Shown: positions 48,126-58,387, counted from the first letter of the stretch. The stretch: DNA of 64,000 nt from Candidatus Heimdallarchaeota archaeon (GCA_021399345.1 JAAFKI010000045.1:32001-96000); one strand, 5' to 3'. Made by a program: numbers and translations. The notes: generated by a model not told the origin, from the sequence alone.

Positions 48126-48866
48126 ATGGAAGAAGCTATACTTAGTAAAACAAAGAGATTTTTTAGAAAAAATGATTTAATGTTTCGTATTGTTATACTA
48201 TTATTCCTAGCAACAGGTACTGTCTATGCTTTTATATTTGGAAATACTTTGCTCCAAATTTTTACTACATTATCTGTAGGAGTTATGGTTTCTTCGTTTC
48301 TATCTAATTATATATTTAATTTTTTTTATGGAGAAGGATACAAACTAACTCATGTAATAAATGAGGTTCTATATCTATTACTAGGAATCCCAATAATGTT
48401 GATTGCTGCAGGCTATATCCCTCTTAGCATCTATATGCTCTTTTTTGCTCCTGACAATAATGATTGGTTATTACCTCTTCTAATTGTAATTATGATTTCT
48501 ATGCAAATTGCTTCGTTTGCTTATATATTTAAAAAGAGAAGTAAGGATAATGAAAGGACTATTTTCCAATTCATAAGATATCTATTTGATTTCAAAGCTA
48601 GAGCAGAAGAACAGAAAAAACATAGAGAACAAACAGAAAAAATTGATAGTTTCTATGATGGGATGAGCAAAGTTAAGGAAAAAGTTGATACAAAGATGGA
48701 AGAAAGTGTTGTGCATTATGAGGAGTATGATTGGAAAAAAAGAAAAGAGATAAAAACTCAAAAGAGAACTGAGCTAATTTGTTGGAATTGTAAAACAACT
48801 TACAAAGCAGAAACAAGAATGTGCAAAAACTGCAATGTACCTCTGAAAGAAGACAGAGAAAAGTAA
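48126..48866 (+). CDS. Four-TM membrane protein with C-terminal zinc ribbon
   Basis: Hydrophobic helices; CWNC...CKNC. Confidence 0.75.
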   Translation: MEEAILSKTKRFFRKNDLMFRIVILLFLATGTVYAFIFGNTLLQIFTTLSVGVMVSSFLSNYIFNFFYGEGYKLTHVINEVLYLLLGIPIMLIAAGYIPLSIYMLFFAPDNNDWLLPLLIVIMISMQIASFAYIFKKRSKDNERTIFQFIRYLFDFKARAEEQKKHREQTEKIDSFYDGMSKVKEKVDTKMEESVVHYEEYDWKKRKEIKTQKRTELICWNCKTTYKAETRMCKNCNVPLKEDREK

Positions 48867-48927
48867 TAAAAATGAACAAAAGAAAAGTTAAACCCAGGAT
48901 TTTCTGATATTTATATTAAATTAGGAG

Positions 48928-49692
48928 TTATTTCTGCTTGAAATCTTCTTTTGTAAGAGTTCTACTTATTTTTTTCTGATAGTTCTTACCAAGTTGATCA
49001 AAACCTTCATAGAATTCATCAATCTCCTTGCTAGCTTCTGAGTATTGTTCTTTTCTGATTCTTCTACCTTCTCTATCAAAAAATCGTTTGAAAAATTGTC
49101 TGATTGTTAAGCTTTCACTTTTCAAGTATCTTAGAAAAATACTAAGTACATAAGAAATTGGAAAAACAATCAAGGCTGTGATAAAAGCATATTGAAGCCA
49201 TTCACTAGTTCGCTCGTTTATGAATAATGCTAGGAGGATAGGTAAATATGTCAATCCAAAGACTCCTACGATAAGTCCAATTATGTAAAAGAATTCTGTG
49301 AAGATCATATTGAGACTATATTTGTCACCAGAGAGGTATTTGAGCAAAAAACCTGCAATTAAAGTTGAACAGAGTACATATAATAAACCAAAAGTTATCA
49401 GATAGACAAAACCATTTGAGGGATATGCTCTTGCTGCATAAATATAGAAAACTGAGAAGATAACTACAGCAGACAGTATTTGGATTAATGGCTTATACTT
49501 GTGAAATTTGTATGGTTTCCTTAAATGTTCCTTACTTACACTAACTTTAGCTTCAGTATCAAGCAAGTGATCTGTAGGAGAAGGAAAGAGTTTCTTATGT
49601 TTCTGTGTTAATCTTTTATGGTGATCATCCTTGTCCCGTTTCCTATGTACCATACTAGTTGGAGAAGTAAGAAAACCTATAAATCTTTTCAC
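48928..49692 (-). CDS. Four-TM membrane protein, paralog of 48126..48866
   Basis: Shared Y.L.....E..Y and T..QF....FD...R...ID.FY.G motifs. Confidence 0.75.
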   Translation of the reverse strand: MKRFIGFLTSPTSMVHRKRDKDDHHKRLTQKHKKLFPSPTDHLLDTEAKVSVSKEHLRKPYKFHKYKPLIQILSAVVIFSVFYIYAARAYPSNGFVYLITFGLLYVLCSTLIAGFLLKYLSGDKYSLNMIFTEFFYIIGLIVGVFGLTYLPILLALFINERTSEWLQYAFITALIVFPISYVLSIFLRYLKSESLTIRQFFKRFFDREGRRIRKEQYSEASKEIDEFYEGFDQLGKNYQKKISRTLTKEDFKQK

Positions 49693-49740
49693 AAAAAAAT
49701 CTAAGGAATTTATATGGAGTTAAAAGAAAGGTTAAACCCT

Positions 49741-50010
49741 AAAGGGTTTTCTGCCTGAACAGGAAGGGTATTCTAACTCGATGCTTCGGGGTTGCGGTTG
49801 AGGGGGGTTCTGGCAGACAGAAGATGTCTGGTCCTTTTCTTTCAGACAAGATAATTGTCTGTTTCCAGACCGAAGTCTGGTTCTGGGGGATTTCAGGCTT
49901 AGGAGGTCTTAACTAAGCCCAAATGGGGGTTCAAACCATCTAAAAAAGGGGTTCAACCTTGTCCCTGAGCATCGGATATCTCTTCCTGTTCAGTTTGCAG
50001 TCCCTTTTTT
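49741..50010. ncRNA. Candidate large structured non-coding RNA (~270 nt), family unknown
   Basis: Long closing stem (CTGAACAGGAAG/CTTCCTGTTCAG, CGATGCT/AGCATCG) enclosing at least 6 hairpins; GC-rich; TATA-like boxes and T-runs on both sides. Confidence 0.7.
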
Positions 50011-50188
50011 GACCTAACCATTTGGCTCCTAAATAGCCTGCCATTAACCAAATAAAGTTGCCCTTGAACATATTTAAACTTTTTTGTAATCTTTGTTGAG
50101 AGGTTAAAACACGACAAAAAACCTCATTCTTTTCAGATTCAAAGTTTTAGAGAAAAAGCAGCTTAACTCACCTAATGGAAAACTTTAC

Positions 50189-50908
50189 TTAGAGGTGACT
50201 TTCTCTAGTTTTGTCCATTGCTTCATCTCTTAAGAATCTTGTGCTTTCTTCTATCCTGGTTCTGATGATATTTGAAACATTTTCAAATTCTTCTTCATCA
50301 AATTCAAAATCAAATATTTTAGCTAGATTTTGAACCAGTTTTTTTGTTGAATCGTAACTTGCAACACTGGGGTCACATTCAACCAATAGTGCAAAACTCG
50401 AATCAAACTCTTTTGTATTACATAGTTCTAAAGTTTCAACTACTGTCCCGTATACTATTCCTTCTTCTAGAAGTTGTACTCCATTTTCCTCTAGAAATGT
50501 GAGTGTTTCTTGTCTGTTTGCTATTCCATAGCATTCAATTTCTTCAAATTGGTTTTGTAAAACAGGTAATCCCCCCACTGGTACGATGTGCGAAACTCCA
50601 CTTTTAATATAAAAATCAACTAGCATTTCTATGAAATCAGAAACAGTATTGTAAGGAATGTTCACTTCACAAGACATTAAAGCTATTTTGTCATTTTGGA
50701 ATATCCTTATTGGTTGTTCTATCAATCCTCCTTTGATTATTGCTACAGGTGGTAGCTCATCTGCATGAACTACTGCTACTTGCTCCATTTTCAATGCTTT
50801 CACTAGAAATGTAGAGAGTATTGTTCCAATTGCACCACTACCACTAAATGATTGTATCAAAGGTTTTCCTTTGAGATCCAAATTATTTATTCCATTTATT
50901 CTGTTCAC
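50189..50908 (-). CDS. PAC2-family proteasome assembly chaperone
   Basis: SFSGSGAIG, LPPVAII..G....PIRIF, PVGG. Confidence 0.85.
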   Translation of the reverse strand: MNRINGINNLDLKGKPLIQSFSGSGAIGTILSTFLVKALKMEQVAVVHADELPPVAIIKGGLIEQPIRIFQNDKIALMSCEVNIPYNTVSDFIEMLVDFYIKSGVSHIVPVGGLPVLQNQFEEIECYGIANRQETLTFLEENGVQLLEEGIVYGTVVETLELCNTKEFDSSFALLVECDPSVASYDSTKKLVQNLAKIFDFEFDEEEFENVSNIIRTRIEESTRFLRDEAMDKTRESHL

Positions 50909-50913
50909 TTATT

Positions 50914-52779
50914 TCACCTTTGTTTTCTTTTTCTTAATGTAATCGTAATTGCTGTGAAGATTCCAAGAGCTACAACAGAGCTTATTACTCCATAACCTGA
51001 TTCTTCTACTGATCCATTTGTTTCTGTTGATATGTTGAATCCAGCTAATTTCAGGAATTCAATGGCTTCAGAAATACTGTATGGATACGTTGTTACACCT
51101 GGATTATAATAATCTGTATAATAACGAGAAACTGGTGAATCAGTTATATTATACTTTCCCTCATGAAAAGCATTATTTAGAAATGTTTTATGGACTAATG
51201 ATGAGAGAGCTTTACGAATTGCTAAGGCTTTTGACACACCTGTCTCATTGGTTGGTACATAGTTATTAGTTCCTCCAAAGACATCATTCTCTAAATTAAA
51301 TGCTATGAAAATTAATGAGTTTTCTACTTTATACTCAACCTTGAAGTTATCATTAGGTATAGCTATTTCCATTCCGGGATCCTTCCCAAAATCAGCTATG
51401 TCTATTTCGTCCCCTTCTTGTAATTCTAAGTTCATTGAATAACTATCAGGAACAGTTTGGGTTTCAATGGTTTCAAAAACTAGGTTTGTAGTCTTACCAG
51501 GATCTACACCAACTCCATGCCAACCGTCAAATCTTTCTAAGAAAGCAGTAAGATCCATATGACTCTCCGTTGCATTAAATTTGTATTTTCCTGTTCCAAA
51601 CGGATTTTGTTTATACTTAATCCATCTTGTTGATTCAACTATTTCTTCAATTGTACTCTCAACATCCAAATAGTATCCAGGGTAAGTATAAACTGACAAA
51701 TCTTCGAGAGCAAAGGCATAAGGTTCGCTTTCTACTGTTTCTGGAACTGAATCAATATGAACTGCAACTGTTGTACCATTATACACTTCATAAGAATCTA
51801 TCCATTTATAGAGTTGATAGTTTACGTTTGCATGTATACTTTTGATTAGATCTAAAGTAAAAATAACATCATCAACTGAATGCTCTTCACTAGTAAAAAT
51901 TCCATCTACATCAGGTTGCCATTGAACATTGTCTCTTACATGAAGCAACAAAGTTGTTTGATTAAGATATTCCCAACTATCTATTAACCCATATTTTGTA
52001 GGAGTTCCTTTTTCATCCAAATGAATTAATTTATCCATGATAAGAGATACAATTAATTTCTCCCCAGCTTCCCTCATTGTTAGAGGACTTAAATCAAACC
52101 ACCCTCCAATACCCATTTTTAGTTCAGTAACTGATTCTTGATTGCTATGCAATCCATTAAAGGACATATATGGTAAGCTATCAGATATTCCCCACTTACT
52201 TGTAAATCCTTCTAAGTTATCCCAATAAGCAAATGTTCTTGCTGGAGTAAAAATGGGTACCATCGGAACCACATTATTCATTAGATGTTCTTGTAATGTA
52301 AAGAAAAGATTTTTTCTTGCATGGAAATCTATTTCTTGAGTTATATTGTTGATTAAATTAAGTGTAGTTCCATTATCCATTGCATTTTGAAAATTGAAAA
52401 CGTTTAAACTTGCACCCTCTTTAAATAGAAATTCCAAATGAAGGGCATTTTGACCCTCAAGTTCGATTATTGCCATTTCATAATCTTTCGATCCGATAAC
52501 CTGATCTAAGAATGTTGAATACTCCATCTGATAATCGGTAACTAGAATACCTACTTCTTTGATATCTTGAACAATAGATTGAGCATAATCTGTGTAAAAT
52601 AATTTTTCTGTCCCTTTTGTATAATACCTAAGTGTTGAATTAAACATATCGCTTTGAGGACCAGGACGAGGTCCAAACATCATTACAGCGAATATTGAAG
52701 TAATGACTAAAATACCAATTAATATGTAAACAATAGCTTTGTTGAAATGTTTCACAGGTTTACTCATTAGCTCTACCAA
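50914..52779 (-). CDS. ABC family-5 (peptide/nickel) solute-binding protein, circularly permuted, membrane anchored
   Basis: SWE...T..LHVRDNVQW..DG....DDVIFT, GTGKY, IRKAL; canonical C-terminal motifs lie at the N-terminus. Confidence 0.85.
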   Translation of the reverse strand: MVELMSKPVKHFNKAIVYILIGILVITSIFAVMMFGPRPGPQSDMFNSTLRYYTKGTEKLFYTDYAQSIVQDIKEVGILVTDYQMEYSTFLDQVIGSKDYEMAIIELEGQNALHLEFLFKEGASLNVFNFQNAMDNGTTLNLINNITQEIDFHARKNLFFTLQEHLMNNVVPMVPIFTPARTFAYWDNLEGFTSKWGISDSLPYMSFNGLHSNQESVTELKMGIGGWFDLSPLTMREAGEKLIVSLIMDKLIHLDEKGTPTKYGLIDSWEYLNQTTLLLHVRDNVQWQPDVDGIFTSEEHSVDDVIFTLDLIKSIHANVNYQLYKWIDSYEVYNGTTVAVHIDSVPETVESEPYAFALEDLSVYTYPGYYLDVESTIEEIVESTRWIKYKQNPFGTGKYKFNATESHMDLTAFLERFDGWHGVGVDPGKTTNLVFETIETQTVPDSYSMNLELQEGDEIDIADFGKDPGMEIAIPNDNFKVEYKVENSLIFIAFNLENDVFGGTNNYVPTNETGVSKALAIRKALSSLVHKTFLNNAFHEGKYNITDSPVSRYYTDYYNPGVTTYPYSISEAIEFLKLAGFNISTETNGSVEESGYGVISSVVALGIFTAITITLRKRKQR

Positions 52780-52807
52780 TATTTCTTTTGTAAAAATGTT
52801 TATTAAA

Positions 52808-54973
52808 TTATTTCTTTGGCAACATCTTTCCAGAATAAAACTTCTTCCTACCGACTCTCATTGCATTTAGTATAACCAATAATGAAGCTCCCATATCTCC
52901 AATTAGCACAGCTAGCCAAAGCAAATTCGCTCCAAGAAATGCCCCAAGAGCAATTTGTGCTGCATTAATTACAACAAGTACAAAAAATGAGAATTTGATA
53001 AACAAGGATAAGTAAATATTAATTTGAATAGTTCTTTTAGTTTCTTTGCTTAGTTTGAATAGATAAGGTAGACTGAATAAATTATCTGAAGAAAGCACAA
53101 TATCAGCTGTTTCTATGGCAATTGCGGTTCCTGCTGCCCCCATTGCAATTCCAACATCTGAAAGAGCTAAAGCGGGTGCATCATTTATTCCATCACCAAC
53201 CATAACCACTGTTTGATCTTTTTCTTTGAGATTTTTGATATACTGCATTTTATGTTCTGGTAACAGTTCTGCTTCGTAATTAATATCTAATTCTTCAGCA
53301 ATTTTTGATGCTACTTCTTCATTATCACCAGTGAGCATTACAATGTTTTTTACTCCAAGTTTTTTTAATGAATTGACAGTTTCTTTGGTTTCACTTCGCA
53401 ATTCATCAGACATGTGGATGTGAGCTAAGATTTTTTTATCGTCTAAAACATAACTAACAATACTTTCAGTTTCTTCACAATCTAGATCACAAGATTCTAA
53501 CCCTATGATGCTATCAACAAGCGATTCATTTCCTAGATAGTAAGTTACTTTCTTTCTTGTTCCTTTGATTCCCATCCCAGGCATTATTTCAACATCTTTG
53601 TATCCAAACAATCTTGAATTGTTTTCTCTTCCCAGATCTATTATTGCTTCTGCAATTTTATGTTCTGAATGATATTCTAAACCATATGCTATTTCTATAA
53701 TTTCCTTCTCAGTATAACCTTCTAAAGCTTCAACTTTGTAAGCTTTTAGTTTTCCAGTCGATAAGGTTCCAGTTTTATCCAATGCTAGTGTGTTTAATTC
53801 AGATATAGCTTCGAGATATTTACCGCCTTTTATTAAAACACCCCTTTTTGAAGCCCTAGTTATTGCGGTCACTACAGTTATTGGTGTCGATAGCACTAAA
53901 GCACAAGGACATGAGATTACCAGAATTACTAAGCTCTGATAAAGCCCTTCTCTAAGAACAGAGGGATCAATTGGGATATTCAAAAAAATCCCAGAAATTA
54001 GAAATACTGATAGTGCAATTCCCACCATAATTGGTGTATAATATTTTGCAAACCTTTGGATAAATTGTTCTCTTTTTGATTTCTGTTGTTCTGCTTCTTC
54101 TATCAGCTGTCTGATTCTAGCTACTGTACTTTCTTCAGGCATCCGTGTTACTCGAATAATAATATAACCATCAATATTTATAGACCCTGAAAATACTTTG
54201 TCTCCAACATCTTTATTGACTGGGATAGATTCTCCAGTTATTGGACTCTGGTCAACATTTGTTTTTCCCCAGTCTATTTTTCCATCAATTGGAATTCTTG
54301 CCCCTGGTTTAACACTTACTCTATCGCCAACAACTAAATCACCTAGAGGAACTTCTTCGTGTTTTTTCCCTTTAATTAATCTAGTTGCTGTTGGTGGTGT
54401 TAAATCCATTAATTCTCTTATTGATTGTCTAGCTTTATCCATTGAAAATGCTTCTAACAATTCCGCTATTGAAAAGAGAACAACAATTTCTGCTGCTTCT
54501 TCCCACTCACCTATTATCATGGCTCCAATTATTGCAAGAACCATCAAAATATCTATGTCAATTGTTTTGGTTCTAATGGAGCTAAAAGCTTTAAGATAAA
54601 CAGGAATACCACCAATTACTATAGCAGGAACAAAAAAAATCAAGTCATAATTTTCAGGTAAAAATCCACTTGTGCTTAAAGCAACAATAAGAAAAATTAA
54701 TCCAAAAATAGCGAAAAGAAGGTTTTTGTTGTGTCTAATATCAAAAAACGATTTATGTTCGTAGGTACTATCAAACTTATATCCTGATTGTTTGATATTT
54801 TTTATGAGTTCTTTTTCACTAATTTGTTCCTTATCATATTCTACGATAAGTTTAGTGGATACGAGGTTTAGTTGTACATTGTCTACACCAACTGCGTTCT
54901 TCAAGTTATTAGTAACTTTAGCAACACAATTAGCACAATCTAAACCTGTAACAATACCTCGTAACTCGTCCAT
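52808..54973 (-). CDS. Heavy-metal P1B-type ATPase (ZntA/CadA-like)
   Basis: HMA GLDCANC, TGES, SCPCAL, DKTGT, MVGDGINDAP. Confidence 0.95.
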   Translation of the reverse strand: MDELRGIVTGLDCANCVAKVTNNLKNAVGVDNVQLNLVSTKLIVEYDKEQISEKELIKNIKQSGYKFDSTYEHKSFFDIRHNKNLLFAIFGLIFLIVALSTSGFLPENYDLIFFVPAIVIGGIPVYLKAFSSIRTKTIDIDILMVLAIIGAMIIGEWEEAAEIVVLFSIAELLEAFSMDKARQSIRELMDLTPPTATRLIKGKKHEEVPLGDLVVGDRVSVKPGARIPIDGKIDWGKTNVDQSPITGESIPVNKDVGDKVFSGSINIDGYIIIRVTRMPEESTVARIRQLIEEAEQQKSKREQFIQRFAKYYTPIMVGIALSVFLISGIFLNIPIDPSVLREGLYQSLVILVISCPCALVLSTPITVVTAITRASKRGVLIKGGKYLEAISELNTLALDKTGTLSTGKLKAYKVEALEGYTEKEIIEIAYGLEYHSEHKIAEAIIDLGRENNSRLFGYKDVEIMPGMGIKGTRKKVTYYLGNESLVDSIIGLESCDLDCEETESIVSYVLDDKKILAHIHMSDELRSETKETVNSLKKLGVKNIVMLTGDNEEVASKIAEELDINYEAELLPEHKMQYIKNLKEKDQTVVMVGDGINDAPALALSDVGIAMGAAGTAIAIETADIVLSSDNLFSLPYLFKLSKETKRTIQINIYLSLFIKFSFFVLVVINAAQIALGAFLGANLLWLAVLIGDMGASLLVILNAMRVGRKKFYSGKMLPKK

Positions 54974-55069
54974 TTTTTTCAATTTGATTTTCCTATTAGA
55001 ATTATTAAGACTTATTATTAACCTAAAAACCAACCCAAATATAATAAAAGAGATAAAAAAAAAGAATAA

Positions 55070-55420
55070 CTAAAGCTTATCTAATTTCTGAAGTTTCATA
55101 ATTTCGGGCATAGTAGCCTTAATTTTGAGTAATTTTCGCTGATAAGCTTTAAATCCAGAAAGTTGTCCAGTATTCATAGCAATAAAAGTATCAGTGCTCA
55201 TCGAATACATAATATCAGGATTTTCTAGTTTCTCTTTCACTATTGGTTGAGGTTCTCCTTTCACCAACTCAATTACATAATGCTCATCAATATCTGTAAA
55301 GTGATATTGGAGTTTCTTAGACCATGTTTTGAAAAATTTAGCTACTTTTTCATTAGTATATTTAGCTTTTTGTGCTTCAAGAATTCTCATTACTTCATCT
55401 ATGTCAGCCATTTTACTCAC
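55070..55420 (-). CDS. SCP2 sterol-carrier-like lipid-binding protein
   Basis: PDI...M..DTFIAM..GQLSGFKAY....LKIK. Confidence 0.8.
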   Translation of the reverse strand: MSKMADIDEVMRILEAQKAKYTNEKVAKFFKTWSKKLQYHFTDIDEHYVIELVKGEPQPIVKEKLENPDIMYSMSTDTFIAMNTGQLSGFKAYQRKLLKIKATMPEIMKLQKLDKL

Positions 55421-55677
55421 CCATAGCTAAAGCGAACTCCAGTCCCACCTTTAGGTTCGCTGAAGTCAACAGCTTCATACTCGCAGACATTCCAACATGC
55501 ACCACATTCTACACATTGTTTGAGATTTACTGGTCGGTAAATTGCACCATCTGGTTGCCAAACATCTCTTGTACAGAATTTTGCACACTCTCCACAGCCT
55601 ACACAATTGTCTTCAATTACTTTAATGAACTCTCCAGTTTCTCCTGGATAATATTCTACTTTCATTTCAACTTTCAT
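55417..55677 (-). CDS. 2[4Fe-4S] ferredoxin (FixX-like)
   Basis: CVGCGECAKFC, CVECGACWNVC, PKGGTGV.FSYG. Confidence 0.92.
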   Translation of the reverse strand: MKVEMKVEYYPGETGEFIKVIEDNCVGCGECAKFCTRDVWQPDGAIYRPVNLKQCVECGACWNVCEYEAVDFSEPKGGTGVRFSYG

Positions 55678-56975
55678 TTGCTCTTCCTCTCATTGTATAA
55701 ATTCTCAAAATCCGGATCAACTGCAGCATAAGGTTGAATTAATTCTAGGAAATCATATGCTTCTTGGATTAGTTCAAAATTCTCCTCTTCAACACCCTTT
55801 AACCATTTAGTGTGTATTGCATTAGAGATAAATCCTCCTCCAATAATTACTTGTTGCATCATTTGAGTAATTTCTTCATCTGTTTTGGTGAGAATGGATT
55901 CTTTGTTAACAGTTGCAATATGTCTGAATGCTTGCATAAAGAAATTCTCGCCTATCAGTTCTTCATATCGCTCAGAGAGTTTTGCTTCTGAATGGTCTCC
56001 AGCTTCTATTGCTTCAGCTGCTGCTTTAGCAGCATAAATCCCAGTAAAGAATGCTTCAGGCATTCCTTCTCCAAGGAATGGAATCACAAATCCTCCTGCT
56101 TCTCCAGTCAATATCAACCCATTCCTAACTCTTCTTTCAATTGCTTCATCGTACTCTAAGTGCAACCCCCATGAAGCTATCTCTCCTCCTTCAAGTTTCT
56201 TTTTGACTACTGGAAGATTCAAGAAATTCTCCATATATTGATTCACATTTGGGAATTCATCATTAATTAGATTTTCATCCATATATCCTCCAGTGCCTAC
56301 TGTAACTGTATCTTTCTTTGGAAAGATCCATGGCCATGTTTTATATTGAATTCCTGGAGATAGGTAGTATTCGATGCAATCACCAAATCGCTCATTAATC
56401 ACTTCTTCGCCCAATTTAACAGCTACAGTAACATACAAAATCATGTTCTGACCTTTTCGTTTAGGAATTAAACCTGCTTTACGACCAACAATTGAGTTGA
56501 CACCCGCTGCATCAATGATTACTTTACCATAGAATTTTTCTCCAGAGTCTGTTACAACTCCTTTGATGTAATCATCTTCTTCAATAATATCAACAACAGT
56601 TGTTGATAATTTAACTTCAGCTCCAGCTTTCCTAGCTTCTTCTGTATGCCAAGAATCTAGATGATCTCTTCTTACTGAAAGCAGAAGAATTCCTTTTGAT
56701 GGTATTTCATGAAAAACTGTTGTTCTATCACTATTGATGTGATAAGTTCGCATTTCTCTTATTGTTCTTTCTACTGGACATTCCACAATGTAGTTTAGAT
56801 CTGGTTCAAGAAGAGCAGCACCGTTTAAGCAGGTACCTGAAACATTTTTCTCACCTGGAACTTGTGATTTTTCTAGTATTAGAACCTTCAAACCAAGTTC
56901 TGCAGCTTTTTTTGCAGCTGCTGGTCCAGCACAGCCAGCTCCAACTACAATAACGTCATATTCATTATCGTTCAT
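55674..56975 (-). CDS. Geranylgeranyl reductase/FixC-family flavoprotein
   Basis: VVGAGCAG, WIFPK, GEAGG..PFLGEGM. Confidence 0.88.
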   Translation of the reverse strand: MNDNEYDVIVVGAGCAGPAAAKKAAELGLKVLILEKSQVPGEKNVSGTCLNGAALLEPDLNYIVECPVERTIREMRTYHINSDRTTVFHEIPSKGILLLSVRRDHLDSWHTEEARKAGAEVKLSTTVVDIIEEDDYIKGVVTDSGEKFYGKVIIDAAGVNSIVGRKAGLIPKRKGQNMILYVTVAVKLGEEVINERFGDCIEYYLSPGIQYKTWPWIFPKKDTVTVGTGGYMDENLINDEFPNVNQYMENFLNLPVVKKKLEGGEIASWGLHLEYDEAIERRVRNGLILTGEAGGFVIPFLGEGMPEAFFTGIYAAKAAAEAIEAGDHSEAKLSERYEELIGENFFMQAFRHIATVNKESILTKTDEEITQMMQQVIIGGGFISNAIHTKWLKGVEEENFELIQEAYDFLELIQPYAAVDPDFENLYNERKSK

Positions 56976-57169
56976 GCTATTTTTTTCCTCCTTAAAGATG
57001 AGCAACAAAATTCTTGCTCATTTAAGTGGTTTTACACAGCTTGGGCACTGAAAGTGTCTTTCTTAAATCTTTACCCACTCTATCTAACGCGTATTTGAAA
57101 ATACATTTACATTTTTTTAGAAATATAAAAAAACTATAGATAAACAGAAACATAGAAATAACAAAGAGT

Positions 57170-58369
57170 ATGAAAAATCTTATGGATATTAATGAATTCA
57201 AACAACTTCTCATTGATGAAGCTAAAGAAATAGAAGATTATGTAATTGAAAAACGAAGGCATTTTCACATGTATCCGGAAACAGGATATGAAGAAGAAAA
57301 AACTTCGGCTCTAGTTGAGCAGGAACTAGTGAAGATAGGGTATGATATTCAAAAAACTGCCAAAACTGGTATAATTGCTACATTTGATTCTGGAAAAGAG
57401 GGAAGGGTTATCGCTTTAAGAGCTGATATTGATGCACTCAATGTAACTGAAGATAGCGATAAACCTTATTGTAGTAAAATTCCAGGAAAGATGCATGCAT
57501 GTGGTCACGATGCTCACACAGCTATGTTACTTGGAGCAGCTCATATTATCTACAAATATAAAGATAAACTAACAGGTAAAATTAAGCTGGTCTTCCAACC
57601 CGCAGAGGAAGGTTTTGGTGGAGCAAAAAAAATAGTTGAAGAAGGCCATATTTCAGATGTCGATCAGATATTTGGTATTCATGTGTGGAGAGAAGAACAA
57701 AGTGGAACTATTGCAACCAGAAAAGGACCATTCCTCGCTTCTTCTGATCAATTCATAATTAAGATTAAGGGAAAAGGTGGTCATGCAGCAGCACCCCATC
57801 AAACCTTTGATCCAACAGCAGTACTTGTTGATATCTATAATGCAATACAAAAGATAGTGAGTCGAGAGATTGATCCTCTGGAAAAAGCTGTTATTTCAAT
57901 ACCAATGTTAGAGGGTAGTGATGCCCACAATATTATTCCCTCCACCGCAAGATTAGAAGGAACTTTCCGTACTTTCAGTAATGAAGTAAGAAACCACATT
58001 ATGAAAAGAATACAAGAGATAGTTGAAGGTTATAGCAATGCTTGGAGATGTGAAGGAGCAGTAGAATTTGAAATAGGTGGAATATATTATCCACCAACGA
58101 TCAACAATGATGACAGCGTTGACGATGTAATTGAGATTCTAAGACCACTTGATGAAGTTCAAGAAGTTGATTTAACTATGGGTGGAGAGGATTTTGCTTT
58201 CTATCTTAATGAAACTAAAGGTGCATTTATTGCTCTTGGAATATATAATGAAGAAAAAGGAATAATTCATCCCCATCATCATCCAAAATTTGATGTTGAT
58301 GAAGATATTTTATGGAAAGGAACAGCAATTTATTCAATATTAGCTTTTTACAATTTATTCAAAAATTAG
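57170..58369 (+). CDS. M20D amidohydrolase/carboxypeptidase
   Basis: RADIDAL, MHACGHDAH, FQPAEEG, GGEDF, HHHPKF. Confidence 0.95.
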   Translation: MKNLMDINEFKQLLIDEAKEIEDYVIEKRRHFHMYPETGYEEEKTSALVEQELVKIGYDIQKTAKTGIIATFDSGKEGRVIALRADIDALNVTEDSDKPYCSKIPGKMHACGHDAHTAMLLGAAHIIYKYKDKLTGKIKLVFQPAEEGFGGAKKIVEEGHISDVDQIFGIHVWREEQSGTIATRKGPFLASSDQFIIKIKGKGGHAAAPHQTFDPTAVLVDIYNAIQKIVSREIDPLEKAVISIPMLEGSDAHNIIPSTARLEGTFRTFSNEVRNHIMKRIQEIVEGYSNAWRCEGAVEFEIGGIYYPPTINNDDSVDDVIEILRPLDEVQEVDLTMGGEDFAFYLNETKGAFIALGIYNEEKGIIHPHHHPKFDVDEDILWKGTAIYSILAFYNLFKN

Positions 58370-58387
58370 GAAGCTCTTTCCTTTTTT

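Noticed and set aside
49741-50010. SRP RNA, RNase P RNA, 5S rRNA or CRISPR assignment
   Set aside because: Diagnostic motifs not found on either strand, and no repeat-spacer periodicity
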